From contig JBFIML010000003.1 in NCBI GenBank assembly GCA_041611735.1, forward strand, positions 82,765-146,764: a stretch of 64,000 nucleotides of DNA, read 5' to 3'. Of this stretch, positions 37,762-46,769 are shown piece by piece (position 1 is the first letter of the stretch; every line of letters begins with the position of its first letter). A program made the position numbers and the translations under genes. The stretch is from Myxococcota bacterium. Lineage in GTDB: Bacteria; Myxococcota_A; UBA9160; PR03. The notes beneath the pieces are model-generated. The model was not told the origin of the DNA and did not search any database. It was given only the letters and a program-made list of their open reading frames with translations.

Positions 37762-39306
37762 CTAGGGCCGCGCGCTCCAGGCGCGGGGCCCGAGCTGCGC
37801 GTGCAGCTCGCCCTGAACCTCCTCGACCCACGCGCAGCCGCGCGGGCGTGTCTCGCGGGGATCGATCAGGTCGTGCACGCCGAAGTCTCCGGCGCGCGGA
37901 AAGATCGACTGCGCCGCCGCCAGCTCCTCCTCGAGCTCGCGCCGACGCGCCTCGGGGTCCGGCGCGGCGGCGATCTCGCGGCGGAAGGCGAGCGCCACGC
38001 CCCCCTCCACCGGCAGCGCGCCGCTCTCCGCCGACGGCCAGGCCAACACCGTCGCCCGGGGCCCCACGTGCGCCCCCACCGCCACCCCGAACGCCTTGCG
38101 CACGACGACCGCCAGCCAGGGAACCCGGCTCTGGGCCACCGCAAAGATCGCCTCCATGCCGAAGCGGATCGTGGCCTCGCGCTCCGCCTCGGTGCCGATC
38201 ATGAAGCCGGGCTCGTCCACGAAGCTCACCACGGGCAGGTGGAAGGCGTCGCAGGTCTCCACCCAGCGGCGCACCTTGCGCGCACCCCGGGCCGTCATGG
38301 CGCCGCCCTCGTGATGGCAGTCGTTGGCGAGGACTCCGACCGGATGCCCGGCCAGGCGGGCGAGCCCGGTGATCTGGCTGCGTCCGTAGAGCGGCGACGT
38401 CTCGAAGAAGGAGCCCGGGTCCACCACCAGCTCCACCAGGCGACGCATCTTGTAGGCGCGACGCCGGCTGCGGGGCACCAGGGAGAGCAGTTCCTCCTCA
38501 CGCCGATCGGCCGGGTCGTCCGCCGGGCGGACGGGCGGCGCCTCGCCCACGTGGCTGGGCAGGTAGCCGAGGAAGCTGCGGATCTGGCGGAAGGCGTCCG
38601 CCTCGTCGTCGGCCCCGTTGTCGACCACGCCGCTGCGCAGGTGCACCTCGGCGCCGCCGAGCTCCTCCTTGGTGACGCGACGGCCGAGGGCCCGCTCCAC
38701 CAGCAGTGGCCCGGCGGTCAGCACCTGGGCGGTCTTCCGGGTCATGAGCGAGAAGTGCGACGCCACCAGCCGGGCGGCGGGAAAGCCCGCCACGGGACCG
38801 AGAGCCGCGCACACCACCGGCACCGAGGCAAGGGCCTCCACGCACAGGCGGTTCAGGGGCGAATCCGAGACCAGGTCGTAGCCGGAGCGGCCCCGCACCC
38901 CGCTCGCCCCCTCCACCGAGGCGCCACCCCCTTCCAGGAGGCGGACCAGGGGCACCCGCCGCCGGATGGCCAGCTCGTCGGCGAACTGGGCCTTGCGCAG
39001 GCCGGCCGGCCCGTAGGCGCCCCCGCGCAGGGTAAAGTCGTCGCCCGCCACCACGCAGGGCCGGCCGTCCACACGGGCCAGGCCCACCACCAGGTTGGCC
39101 GGCGTGAAGCCCTCGGCGCCGGGCTCCCCGTGGCCGGCGACCTCCCCGTACTCCCGGAAGCTCCCCGGATCGACCAGGGCCTGGACGCGCTCCCGGACGC
39201 TCAGGCGACCCTTCTCGTGCTGACGGGCGACGGCTTCGGGGCCGCCCTGCTCCCGGGCCCGGGCCCGGCGGCGCTCGATCTCGTCCACCTCGGGCTTCCA
39301 GCTCAC
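37762..39306 (-). CDS. Acyl-CoA carboxylase carboxyltransferase (beta) subunit
   Basis: QHEKGRLSVRER, DFTLRGG, ELGGAEVH, FVDEPGFMIGTEAE, IDPRETR; GTG start at 39306. Confidence 0.9.
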   Translation of the reverse strand: MSWKPEVDEIERRRARAREQGGPEAVARQHEKGRLSVRERVQALVDPGSFREYGEVAGHGEPGAEGFTPANLVVGLARVDGRPCVVAGDDFTLRGGAYGPAGLRKAQFADELAIRRRVPLVRLLEGGGASVEGASGVRGRSGYDLVSDSPLNRLCVEALASVPVVCAALGPVAGFPAARLVASHFSLMTRKTAQVLTAGPLLVERALGRRVTKEELGGAEVHLRSGVVDNGADDEADAFRQIRSFLGYLPSHVGEAPPVRPADDPADRREEELLSLVPRSRRRAYKMRRLVELVVDPGSFFETSPLYGRSQITGLARLAGHPVGVLANDCHHEGGAMTARGARKVRRWVETCDAFHLPVVSFVDEPGFMIGTEAEREATIRFGMEAIFAVAQSRVPWLAVVVRKAFGVAVGAHVGPRATVLAWPSAESGALPVEGGVALAFRREIAAAPDPEARRRELEEELAAAQSIFPRAGDFGVHDLIDPRETRPRGCAWVEEVQGELHAQLGPRAWSARP

Positions 39307-39439
39307 GCGGGCACGATACCACGGCGAAAACCGCCACTTGCCGGAGCGCACAGAGTGTGGGAAAGTGCCAACCCCCGAGAAGTGCGCCCATCCCTTCCCC
39401 GGGCCATCGAATCTGCACCCGCTGACGAGGGATCTCGCC

Positions 39440-42400
39440 ATGCCCCCGGAACTCCGCACCGGGCTCCTCGGAGCCTGCGCCGCCTTCCTGCTCGCCGTTC
39501 CCGCCTCCGCCAACGCCCCCTCGTTCATCACCTTCGAGACGGGACCGGTGCGACCCCTCGCCCTCGCACCGGGCGGCGGGCACCTGTTCGCGGTCAACAC
39601 GCCGGACGCCCGGCTGGAGATCTTCCGGGTCGGTCCAGGCGGCATCGCCCACGAAGGCTCGGTGTCCGTGGGCCTCGAGCCCGCGGCGGTGGCCGCCCGC
39701 ACCGACGACGAGGTCTGGGTGGTGAACCACCTCTCGGACAGCGTGAGCATCGTGGACGTGCGAGCGCGTCGCGTGGTGCGCACGCTGCTCGTGGGCGACG
39801 AGCCCCGCGACATCGTTTTCGCCGCGGGACGCGCCTTCGTCACCACGGCACACCGCGGACAGCATCGGACGCACCCGTCGATCGCTCACGTTCCCGGGGC
39901 GGGCGACCCGAAGCTCACCACGCCGGGAGTGCCACGAGCGGACGTCTGGGTGTTCGACGCGGCTCGCCCGGGCCCAGGACCGGGCGGCACGCCGCTGCGC
40001 ATCGTGGAGCTCTTCGGCGACACCCCCCGCGCCCTGGCCGTGAGCCCGGACGGCCGCACCGTCTACTCTGCGGTCTTCCACTCCGGGAACCAGACCGCCA
40101 CCGTGCCGGAAGGAGCCGTTTGCGACGGCTTCGAGCCCTGGGAGCCGTGCCAGGTGCGAGAGGTCGCCATGCCCGGCGGCAATCCCGGTCCCGCCGAGAG
40201 CCACGACGGCACCCCCGCCCCCGAGGTGGGACTGATCGTGAGGGTCGCGGACGGTCACTGGAAGGACGAGCTGGGCCGCGTCTGGGACGCGGCCGTCCCC
40301 TTCCGTCTGCCAGACCTGGACGTCTTCGCCCTCGACGCGTCCTCCCTGGAGCCGAAGCGCTCCTACCCGCACGTCGGGACCGTCCTGTTCAACATGGTCA
40401 CCAATCCCCGGACCGGCGCGCTCTACGTCTCCAACACCGAGGCCCGCAACGAAGTGCGCTTCGAGGGGGCGGGTGAAGCCGGGGGGAGCACGGTGCAGGG
40501 GCGTCTGCACGAGGCACGCATCACCGTGATCGCGGAGGGCGGCGTGCGACCACGACATCTGAACAAGCACATCGACTACGACGCACGGCCAGCACCGGCG
40601 GGCATGAAGGAGCACAGCCTGGCCACCCCCGTCGACATGGTCGTGAGCCGCGACGGGAAGACCCTCTACGTGGCGGCCTTCGGCTCGCGCAAGGTTGGCG
40701 TCCTGCCCACGGCTGCCCTCGAGGACGACAGCTTCGACCCCAGGCTCCTGAGCGCCCGCTACATCGCGCTGGGCGAGGATCCCGACGACCTCGTGACCGG
40801 CGGCGGGCCGAGCGGCCTTGCCCTGGACGAGCCCCGCGGCCGCCTCTACGTGCTGACCCGCTTCGACAACGCGGTGGCGGTGGTGGACCTGGCGGCGCGT
40901 TCGGTGGTGCAGCGGGTGGCGCTCTCCCACGCAGAGCCCGCCTGGGTGGTGGAAGGACGTCCCTTCCTCTACGACGCTCGCTTCTCGTCCAGCAACGGGG
41001 AGGCGTCCTGCGCCAGCTGCCACGTGTTCGGCGACCTGGACAGCCTGGCCTGGGATCTCGGCGACCCGGACGCGGAGGTCGGCTTCAACCCGATGCCGAT
41101 CCGGCTGGGCGGACTCATCGAGTTCGTGCAGCGGCTCCCCGGCAGCGGCGGCTTGTTCACGATCATCAATGGCACTGGGGGCCTGCGCGACTTCCACCCC
41201 ATGAAGGGACCCATGACCACGCAGACCCTGCGCGGCATGGTGAATAGCGGCCACATGCACTGGCGCGGAGACCGGGCGGATGGCTTCTTCGGCCTGGACG
41301 ACCCGAACACCAACGATGCGGAGCTCTCCTTCAAGAACTTCATCGTGGCCTTCCCGGGCCTGCTGGGGAGCGAGAAGGTGCTGACGGATCCGGAGCTGCA
41401 GCGGGGCATGCAGGCCTTCACGGACTTCACCCTGGAGATCACCCTACCCCCGAACCCGGTGCGGGCCCTGGACAACTCGTTGAACTCCGAGCAGGCGGCC
41501 GGACGTGAGTTCTACATGGGTGGGCCGGACCCGGACTTCCCCCACTTCTCCGACGGCGTTCCCTCCCAGATCCTGAGCACCCTGGTGGGAGGCGAGCCCA
41601 CCGCCTTCACCTGCAACGACTGCCATCGGCTGGATCCGGCCCGGGGCCACTTCGGCACCGACGGCGCGGCGAGCTTCGAGGCCGAGCAGCAGATCCTCAA
41701 GATTCCGCACCTGCGCAACTTGTATCAGAAGGTCGGGATGTTCGGACACGCGGCGGTGCCCTTCTTCGACGTGGGGGACAACGGCTTCCAGGGCGACCAG
41801 GTGCGCGGCTTCGGCTTCCTCCACGACGGCAGCACCGACACCATGTTCCGCTTCCTGCACGCCACCGTGTTCTCCCGGGACGCGTTCCGGATCGAGGGCC
41901 CGATCGGAAACCTGCTGGGCGTCGACTTCGACCGCGTCGGTTTCCAGGATGACGAGCAACGGCGCGAGATGGAGAGCTTCATGTTCGCCTTCGACACGGA
42001 TCTCGCCCCTGTGGTGGGTCAACAGGTGACGCTCAGCGCGGACAACGCCGAGGCCGTGGGCTCGCGCATCGACCTGCTGCTCGAGCGCTCGCAGACGCCC
42101 TTCGTCTCGAAGATCCTGGGTGAGGGCGCCGCCGAGTGCGACCTGGTGGTGAAGGGCAGCCCGGAAGGCCAGCCGCGCGGCTGGCTGCACGAGGGCAACG
42201 GCGTGTTCCGGTCCGACGACGGCGGCAGCACCGACGCAGCGGAGCTGCGCCGGCTCGCCCGGCGGGCGCCGCTCACCTGGACCTGCGTGCCGCCGGGTTC
42301 CGGCCGCCGCATGGCCATCGACCGGGACGAGGACGGGCGCCTGGACGCGCGTGACAACTGCCCCGCCGCGGCGAACGATGCCCAGACGGATCGGGACGCG

Positions 42401-42808
42401 GACGGCGTGGGCGACGTCTGCGACCGCTGCCCGGCGCTGGCGGACGCGGACCAGCTGGACACGGACGCCGACGGGGTCGGCGACGTCTGCGACCACCGCT
42501 GCCCGGGCCTCGGACCCACGACCCTCGAGCGGCTGGTGAGGAGCTCCGGACGCCCGGGGAATCCGGTCCAGATCCGGGGCACGGGCTTCGGGCCGCGGGT
42601 CCAGGTCTGGTTCGGGAACGAGCGCTCGCCGGAGGTGCGGGTGCTGGGCCCCGGCCGGCTGCTCGCCACGGTTCCGGACGCGACGCCCGGTCCGCGTGCG
42701 GTGCGGGTCGTGAATCCCGAAGGCTGCCGCTCCCCGGAGACGCTCCCCTTCACGATCCAGCCGCGCCCCGGCTCGTCCGGCAAGCCGCATGCCCCTGGAC
42801 CTGCGTGA
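39440..42808 (+). CDS. Secreted YVTN/YncE beta-propeller + di-heme cytochrome c peroxidase-like domain + TSP3 repeats + IPT/TIG domain
   Basis: Signal peptide; WVVNHLSDSVSIVD propeller blades; CASCH and CNDCH heme motifs; KIPHLRNL, FLHDGS; DNCP...DRDADGVGDVCD repeats; GTGFG...VVNP TIG. Confidence 0.8.
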   Translation: MPPELRTGLLGACAAFLLAVPASANAPSFITFETGPVRPLALAPGGGHLFAVNTPDARLEIFRVGPGGIAHEGSVSVGLEPAAVAARTDDEVWVVNHLSDSVSIVDVRARRVVRTLLVGDEPRDIVFAAGRAFVTTAHRGQHRTHPSIAHVPGAGDPKLTTPGVPRADVWVFDAARPGPGPGGTPLRIVELFGDTPRALAVSPDGRTVYSAVFHSGNQTATVPEGAVCDGFEPWEPCQVREVAMPGGNPGPAESHDGTPAPEVGLIVRVADGHWKDELGRVWDAAVPFRLPDLDVFALDASSLEPKRSYPHVGTVLFNMVTNPRTGALYVSNTEARNEVRFEGAGEAGGSTVQGRLHEARITVIAEGGVRPRHLNKHIDYDARPAPAGMKEHSLATPVDMVVSRDGKTLYVAAFGSRKVGVLPTAALEDDSFDPRLLSARYIALGEDPDDLVTGGGPSGLALDEPRGRLYVLTRFDNAVAVVDLAARSVVQRVALSHAEPAWVVEGRPFLYDARFSSSNGEASCASCHVFGDLDSLAWDLGDPDAEVGFNPMPIRLGGLIEFVQRLPGSGGLFTIINGTGGLRDFHPMKGPMTTQTLRGMVNSGHMHWRGDRADGFFGLDDPNTNDAELSFKNFIVAFPGLLGSEKVLTDPELQRGMQAFTDFTLEITLPPNPVRALDNSLNSEQAAGREFYMGGPDPDFPHFSDGVPSQILSTLVGGEPTAFTCNDCHRLDPARGHFGTDGAASFEAEQQILKIPHLRNLYQKVGMFGHAAVPFFDVGDNGFQGDQVRGFGFLHDGSTDTMFRFLHATVFSRDAFRIEGPIGNLLGVDFDRVGFQDDEQRREMESFMFAFDTDLAPVVGQQVTLSADNAEAVGSRIDLLLERSQTPFVSKILGEGAAECDLVVKGSPEGQPRGWLHEGNGVFRSDDGGSTDAAELRRLARRAPLTWTCVPPGSGRRMAIDRDEDGRLDARDNCPAAANDAQTDRDADGVGDVCDRCPALADADQLDTDADGVGDVCDHRCPGLGPTTLERLVRSSGRPGNPVQIRGTGFGPRVQVWFGNERSPEVRVLGPGRLLATVPDATPGPRAVRVVNPEGCRSPETLPFTIQPRPGSSGKPHAPGPA

Positions 42809-43406
42809 ACTCGTCGCGCCGGGCCACACGGCGCTCCTGACCCAGGAGTGCCAGCGGGGCGTCGCGGGCGACCTCTCGGCCCTGCCGGAGCTGGCGGAGG
42901 CGGCCCGCGCCGTGCTTCCGCACGTCGGCCAGCTGGTCCGGGGGGCGCGCGCGGCCGGCGTCCGGGTGATCCACTGCACGGCGGAGCGGCGTTCCGACGG
43001 CCTGGGCGCCAATGCGAACGCGCGCATCTTCCAGTACATGGCCCGAGCCGGAACCAAGCTCCTGCCCGGCTCGCCGGCCGCCGAGCTCGTGCCGGAGATC
43101 GAGGCGGCGGCCTCGGATCTCGTCCTGCCGCGACTGCACGGCCTGTCGCCCTTCCACGCCACGGAGCTCGACCCGATCCTGCGCAACCTGGGCGTGCGAA
43201 CGGTCGTCGCGGTGGGCGTGTCCGTGAACGTGGCGATCCAGAACCTGGCCTTCGACGCGGTGAACGCCGCCTACCAGGTGGTGATCCCGCGCGACGCAGT
43301 GGCGGGCTTCCCGCCGGAGTACGCCGAGGCGGTCTTCCAGCACACCCTCGGCGCCGTGGCGACGCTCGTGACCACCGCCGAGCTGCTGGCCGCCTGGAGG
43401 CCGTAG
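42789..43406 (+). CDS. Isochorismatase/cysteine hydrolase family protein with non-canonical triad
   Basis: TALLTQECQRG, ELDPILRNLGV, GVSVNVAI, DAV motifs. Confidence 0.82.
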   Translation: MPLDLRELVAPGHTALLTQECQRGVAGDLSALPELAEAARAVLPHVGQLVRGARAAGVRVIHCTAERRSDGLGANANARIFQYMARAGTKLLPGSPAAELVPEIEAAASDLVLPRLHGLSPFHATELDPILRNLGVRTVVAVGVSVNVAIQNLAFDAVNAAYQVVIPRDAVAGFPPEYAEAVFQHTLGAVATLVTTAELLAAWRP

Positions 43407-43482
43407 CGGCGGTCTCGGCGCGAGGACCCCTGGGGTGGGCGCCGAGGCGTGGTTGAGCCGCTTGCGGCGCGGGCGGCGGGCC

Positions 43483-44679
43483 TCAGTGCGGGCGCTTGGG
43501 CTCGAAGCGGATCGGCATCGACTCCCAGCCCTGCACGAACTCCGTGCGCAGGCGCCGGAGGCGGTCCTCCTGCACTTCGTAGTCGGGCATCTGCCGCAGC
43601 ATCACCTCGAGGCACAGCTTGCCCTCCATGCGGGCGAAGTGGGCCCCGAGGCAGGAATGGATGCCGTGGCCGAAGGAGAGGATGCGCCGGGCGCGCCGCT
43701 GCACGTCGAAGACGTCCGGGTCCGGAAACTCCCGGTCGTCGCGGTTGGCGGAGGCGAACAGGAACAGCACCACCTGGCCCTTGCGCAGGGTCTGGCCGTG
43801 GAGCGTAACGTCGCGCAGCAGGGTGCGGCCCAGGAACTGGGTGGGCATGTCGTAGCGGAGGATCTCGTTGAAGGCGTCGGGCAGCAGCGCCGGGTCCTTG
43901 GCGCAGGCGGCCCGCTGGTCCGGGTGCTGGAAGAGCCGGTAGACGCCGTTCGAGAATACCTTGGGGAAGGTCTCCGAGCCGCCGATCATGAGCATCGAGA
44001 GGTGCGAGGCGATCTCCGGGTCGGCGAGCGGGCGCCCGCCCACCTCGGCGGCCAGGAAGGCGCTCACCACGTCCTCCCGGTCGCCCGCGGCGCGGCGCCG
44101 CTCCCTCACCAGCTGCTCGAAGTAGGCGTTGAGCTCCATGGCCGCCGCGACCCCGTCCTCGGTCATGCCCTCGACACCCTCCTCCCGGGCGAAGAAGCGG
44201 TCCACGAGCCCCTTCAACATGGGGCCATCCTCGAGGGGGAAGCCGTTGGCCAGGCACGCCACGTTCACCGAGACCCGGGACGCCACCTCCCCGAAGACGT
44301 CGCACTGGCCCCGGGGCGCCACCGCGCCGAAGGCCTCCTCCACGAACTCGCGGATCTTCGCCTCCAGGGAGGCGACCCGGCCGGGCGTGAAGAACTTGCG
44401 GATCTGGGCGCGAAGCTCCGTGTGGGCCGGCGGGTCCATCAGGTTGAGCATGGGGGTCACGGGCTGGATCCGGGTCAGCAGCTGGCCTGGCGTCGTCCCC
44501 TGGGCGGTGGAGTAGGACTCCCCGTCCATGGACGCGTTCCAGACGTCCTCGAAGCGCGAGAGCGCCCAGCAGTCCCAGCGCTCGACGTGATGGCAGGGCG
44601 ACTCGTCGCGCAGCCGTTTGTAGACCGGGTGGGGATCCTGCATCACTTGCGGGGAGAAGGGGTCGTAGTCCACCGACAT
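43483..44679 (-). CDS. Cytochrome P450
   Basis: MDPPAHTELR, GGSET, EILR, SANRD, FGHGIHSCLG. Confidence 0.95.
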   Translation of the reverse strand: MSVDYDPFSPQVMQDPHPVYKRLRDESPCHHVERWDCWALSRFEDVWNASMDGESYSTAQGTTPGQLLTRIQPVTPMLNLMDPPAHTELRAQIRKFFTPGRVASLEAKIREFVEEAFGAVAPRGQCDVFGEVASRVSVNVACLANGFPLEDGPMLKGLVDRFFAREEGVEGMTEDGVAAAMELNAYFEQLVRERRRAAGDREDVVSAFLAAEVGGRPLADPEIASHLSMLMIGGSETFPKVFSNGVYRLFQHPDQRAACAKDPALLPDAFNEILRYDMPTQFLGRTLLRDVTLHGQTLRKGQVVLFLFASANRDDREFPDPDVFDVQRRARRILSFGHGIHSCLGAHFARMEGKLCLEVMLRQMPDYEVQEDRLRRLRTEFVQGWESMPIRFEPKRPH

Positions 44680-44729
44680 CGGGTCTCTCCGGGGGCGTCC
44701 ATGCCACGGGCGGCGCGGGCGCGGTAAGG

Positions 44730-44752
44730 TTTCGAGACGCAGCGTATCGTAG
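44730..44752. promoter_or_regulatory. Candidate operator palindrome copy 2 (TTT-CGAGACG-CAG-CGTATCG-TAG), overlapping a minus-strand -10 box TACGAT
   Basis: One mismatch to CGATACG-N3-CGTATCG; lies between the divergent P450 and LLM genes. Confidence 0.62.
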
Positions 44753-44808
44753 TGCGGCCGGGCCGATCCCGCCCCTGCCTGGGGACGGCCGGCCGCGGGG
44801 AGGCGCCG

Positions 44809-45642
44809 GTGCGCATCGGGATCACGATCTTCGCCACGGACCGGAGCATGAGTCCGCTGGAGCTGGCCCGGGAAGCCGAGGCGCGGGGCTTCCACTCCCT
44901 CTACCTGCCGGAGCACACCCACATCCCGGTGAGCCGGCGCACGCCGCCGCCCACCGGCGAGGCGGAGCTGCCCGAGGAGTACAGACGCACCCTGGACCCC
45001 TTCGTGACCCTCGCCGCGGCGGCGGCCGTGACGGAGCGCATCCGGCTCGGCACGGGCATCGCGCTGGTGGCCCAGCACGACCCCATCAACCTGGCCAAGC
45101 AGGTGGCCACGCTCGACTGGCTCTCCGGCGGACGGGTCGTACTCGGCATCGGCTTCGGCTGGAACCGGGAGGAGATGCAGGACCACGGCGTGGATCCGCG
45201 TCGGCGCCGGGCGCTCGTGCGCGAGAAGGTGCTCGCCATGCAGGCGCTCTGGAGCCAGGAGGTAGCGGAGTACCAGGGCGAGTGGGTGCGCTTCGAGCCG
45301 AGCTGGGCCTGGCCCAAGCCGCTGCAGCAACCGCATCCGCCGCTCCTGATCGGCGGCGCCGCTGGCCCGACCCTGTTCGCGCACGTGGCCGAGTACGCCG
45401 ACGGCTGGATGCCCGTGGGCGGCTCGGGTCTCAAGCAAGCGCTCCCGCGCCTGCGGCACGCCTTCGAAGAGCGCGGCCGCGACCCCGACGCGCTGCGCGT
45501 CGTGCCCATGGGGGTCGTCCCGGATCCCGGCAAGCTCGCCTACTACGCCGAGCTCGGCGTCAGCGAAACGGTGCTGCGCGTTCCCTCCGCGCCGCGCGAC
45601 GCGGTGCTCCCGGTGCTCGACGACTACGCGCGGCATGTCTAG
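44809..45642 (+). CDS. LLM-class (probably F420-dependent) oxidoreductase
   Basis: EARGFHSLYLPEHTHIP, LDPFVTL, AKQVATLD, GFGWNREE, PKPLQQPHPP. Confidence 0.88.
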   Translation: MRIGITIFATDRSMSPLELAREAEARGFHSLYLPEHTHIPVSRRTPPPTGEAELPEEYRRTLDPFVTLAAAAAVTERIRLGTGIALVAQHDPINLAKQVATLDWLSGGRVVLGIGFGWNREEMQDHGVDPRRRRALVREKVLAMQALWSQEVAEYQGEWVRFEPSWAWPKPLQQPHPPLLIGGAAGPTLFAHVAEYADGWMPVGGSGLKQALPRLRHAFEERGRDPDALRVVPMGVVPDPGKLAYYAELGVSETVLRVPSAPRDAVLPVLDDYARHV

Positions 45643-45681
45643 CGAGGAGCGAGAGCCGAGGGGCGCAGGCACGCGGGAGCG

Positions 45682-46650
45682 CTAGCGCAGCTTCGCCACG
45701 ATCTCCCGGCCGAAGCGTGCCACCGCCTCGGCCCAGGCGGCGCGCGAATCCGCGGGCAGCACCACCGTGAGCCAGGTGACACCCAGGGCGGAGAGCTCCG
45801 CCGCGCTGTCGAGGAAGCGGGTCGGCTCCACGCGACCCGACGAGTCGCGGTCGAGGCCGAAGGGGACGAAGCAGACGTCGAGGGGCTGCGTCCGCCCCAC
45901 GCTCTCGGCGTGGGCGCGCAGGTAGGCCAGGCGCTCCGCCAGGTCCGCCACGCTCTCGAGCGGAGCAGTGCGCAGGTGGGGCGCCGTCCTGGCGGCGGTC
46001 GGGAAGGGCATCCAGCCGTCGCCGAGCTCGACCGCCCGCCGGATGGCCCGGCGGCTGTTGCCCCCCACCCAGACGGGCGGATGGGGCTTCTGACGGGGGC
46101 GCGGCAGCATGGTGTTCCCGGCCGCCGCAAAGCCGCGTCCCTGGAAACGGACCCCTTCCTCGGTCCAGGCCCGCTTCAGGGCCCGGATGCCCTCGTCGAT
46201 GGCCTCGTTGCGCACCTCGAAGTCGGCGCCCAGGGCGGCAAACTCGCTCTTCAGGTAGCCGGCCGCGACCCCCAGCACGAGACGTCCGCCCGAGAGGACG
46301 TCGAGGGTGGCGGCGGCCTTCGCCACCAGGAAGGGGTTGCGGTAGGCGAGCACCAGGACGTGGGTCTGGAGGCGCAGGCGCGTCGTGGCGGCGGCGGCGA
46401 AGGAGAGCGCCACGAAGGGATCCAGCGCGTGGTGCCCCCCGGCCGCGAGCCAGCGGTCGCCCGGGAAGGGATGGTCCGTGACGAAGCAGGCGTCGAAGCC
46501 CGCCGCCTCGGCCGCCCGCGCCATCTCCGCCACCGCCCCGGCCGTGAGGAACTCGTCCGGGCGATCCACCCGATCCGTGGGCAACTGCACCGAGAAGCAG
46601 AGCGGGGGACGTTCTCGACTGATTGACTCTTCGGAAGCCACCTGGGTCAT
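45682..46650 (-). CDS. LLM-class (probably F420-dependent) oxidoreductase; N-terminus lies in repeat element B1
   Basis: GFDACFVTDHP, LDPFVAL, YRNPFL, ATLDVLSGGR, PRPRQKPHPP; start 46650 or 46641, both inside the repeat. Confidence 0.88.
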   Translation of the reverse strand: MTQVASEESISRERPPLCFSVQLPTDRVDRPDEFLTAGAVAEMARAAEAAGFDACFVTDHPFPGDRWLAAGGHHALDPFVALSFAAAATTRLRLQTHVLVLAYRNPFLVAKAAATLDVLSGGRLVLGVAAGYLKSEFAALGADFEVRNEAIDEGIRALKRAWTEEGVRFQGRGFAAAGNTMLPRPRQKPHPPVWVGGNSRRAIRRAVELGDGWMPFPTAARTAPHLRTAPLESVADLAERLAYLRAHAESVGRTQPLDVCFVPFGLDRDSSGRVEPTRFLDSAAELSALGVTWLTVVLPADSRAAWAEAVARFGREIVAKLR

Positions 46651-46769
46651 GCTGATCCGCGCTGCCGGGCAGTCGATTCATCGACAACGGCCGGGTTTGC
46701 CTTTTCGGGAGGCCTCGGCGAGCATAACCTACCGAGTTTGCGAAAAGTCAGTCAGTCGAGAACGTCCCC
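46605..46769. repeat. Composite of two overlapping inverted-repeat elements: B1 46605-46694 and B2 about 46679-46769
   Basis: Outer arms GGGGACGTTCTCGACTGATTGACTCTTCG and CGAAAAGTCAGTCAGTCGAGAACGTCCCC (27/29 complementary); degenerate inner arms at 46670-46694 and 46697-46707. Confidence 0.82.

Noticed and set aside
42320-42500. Repeated GACGCSGACGGSGTSGGCGACGTCTGCGAC DNA
   Set aside because: Explained by TSP3 calcium-binding protein repeats
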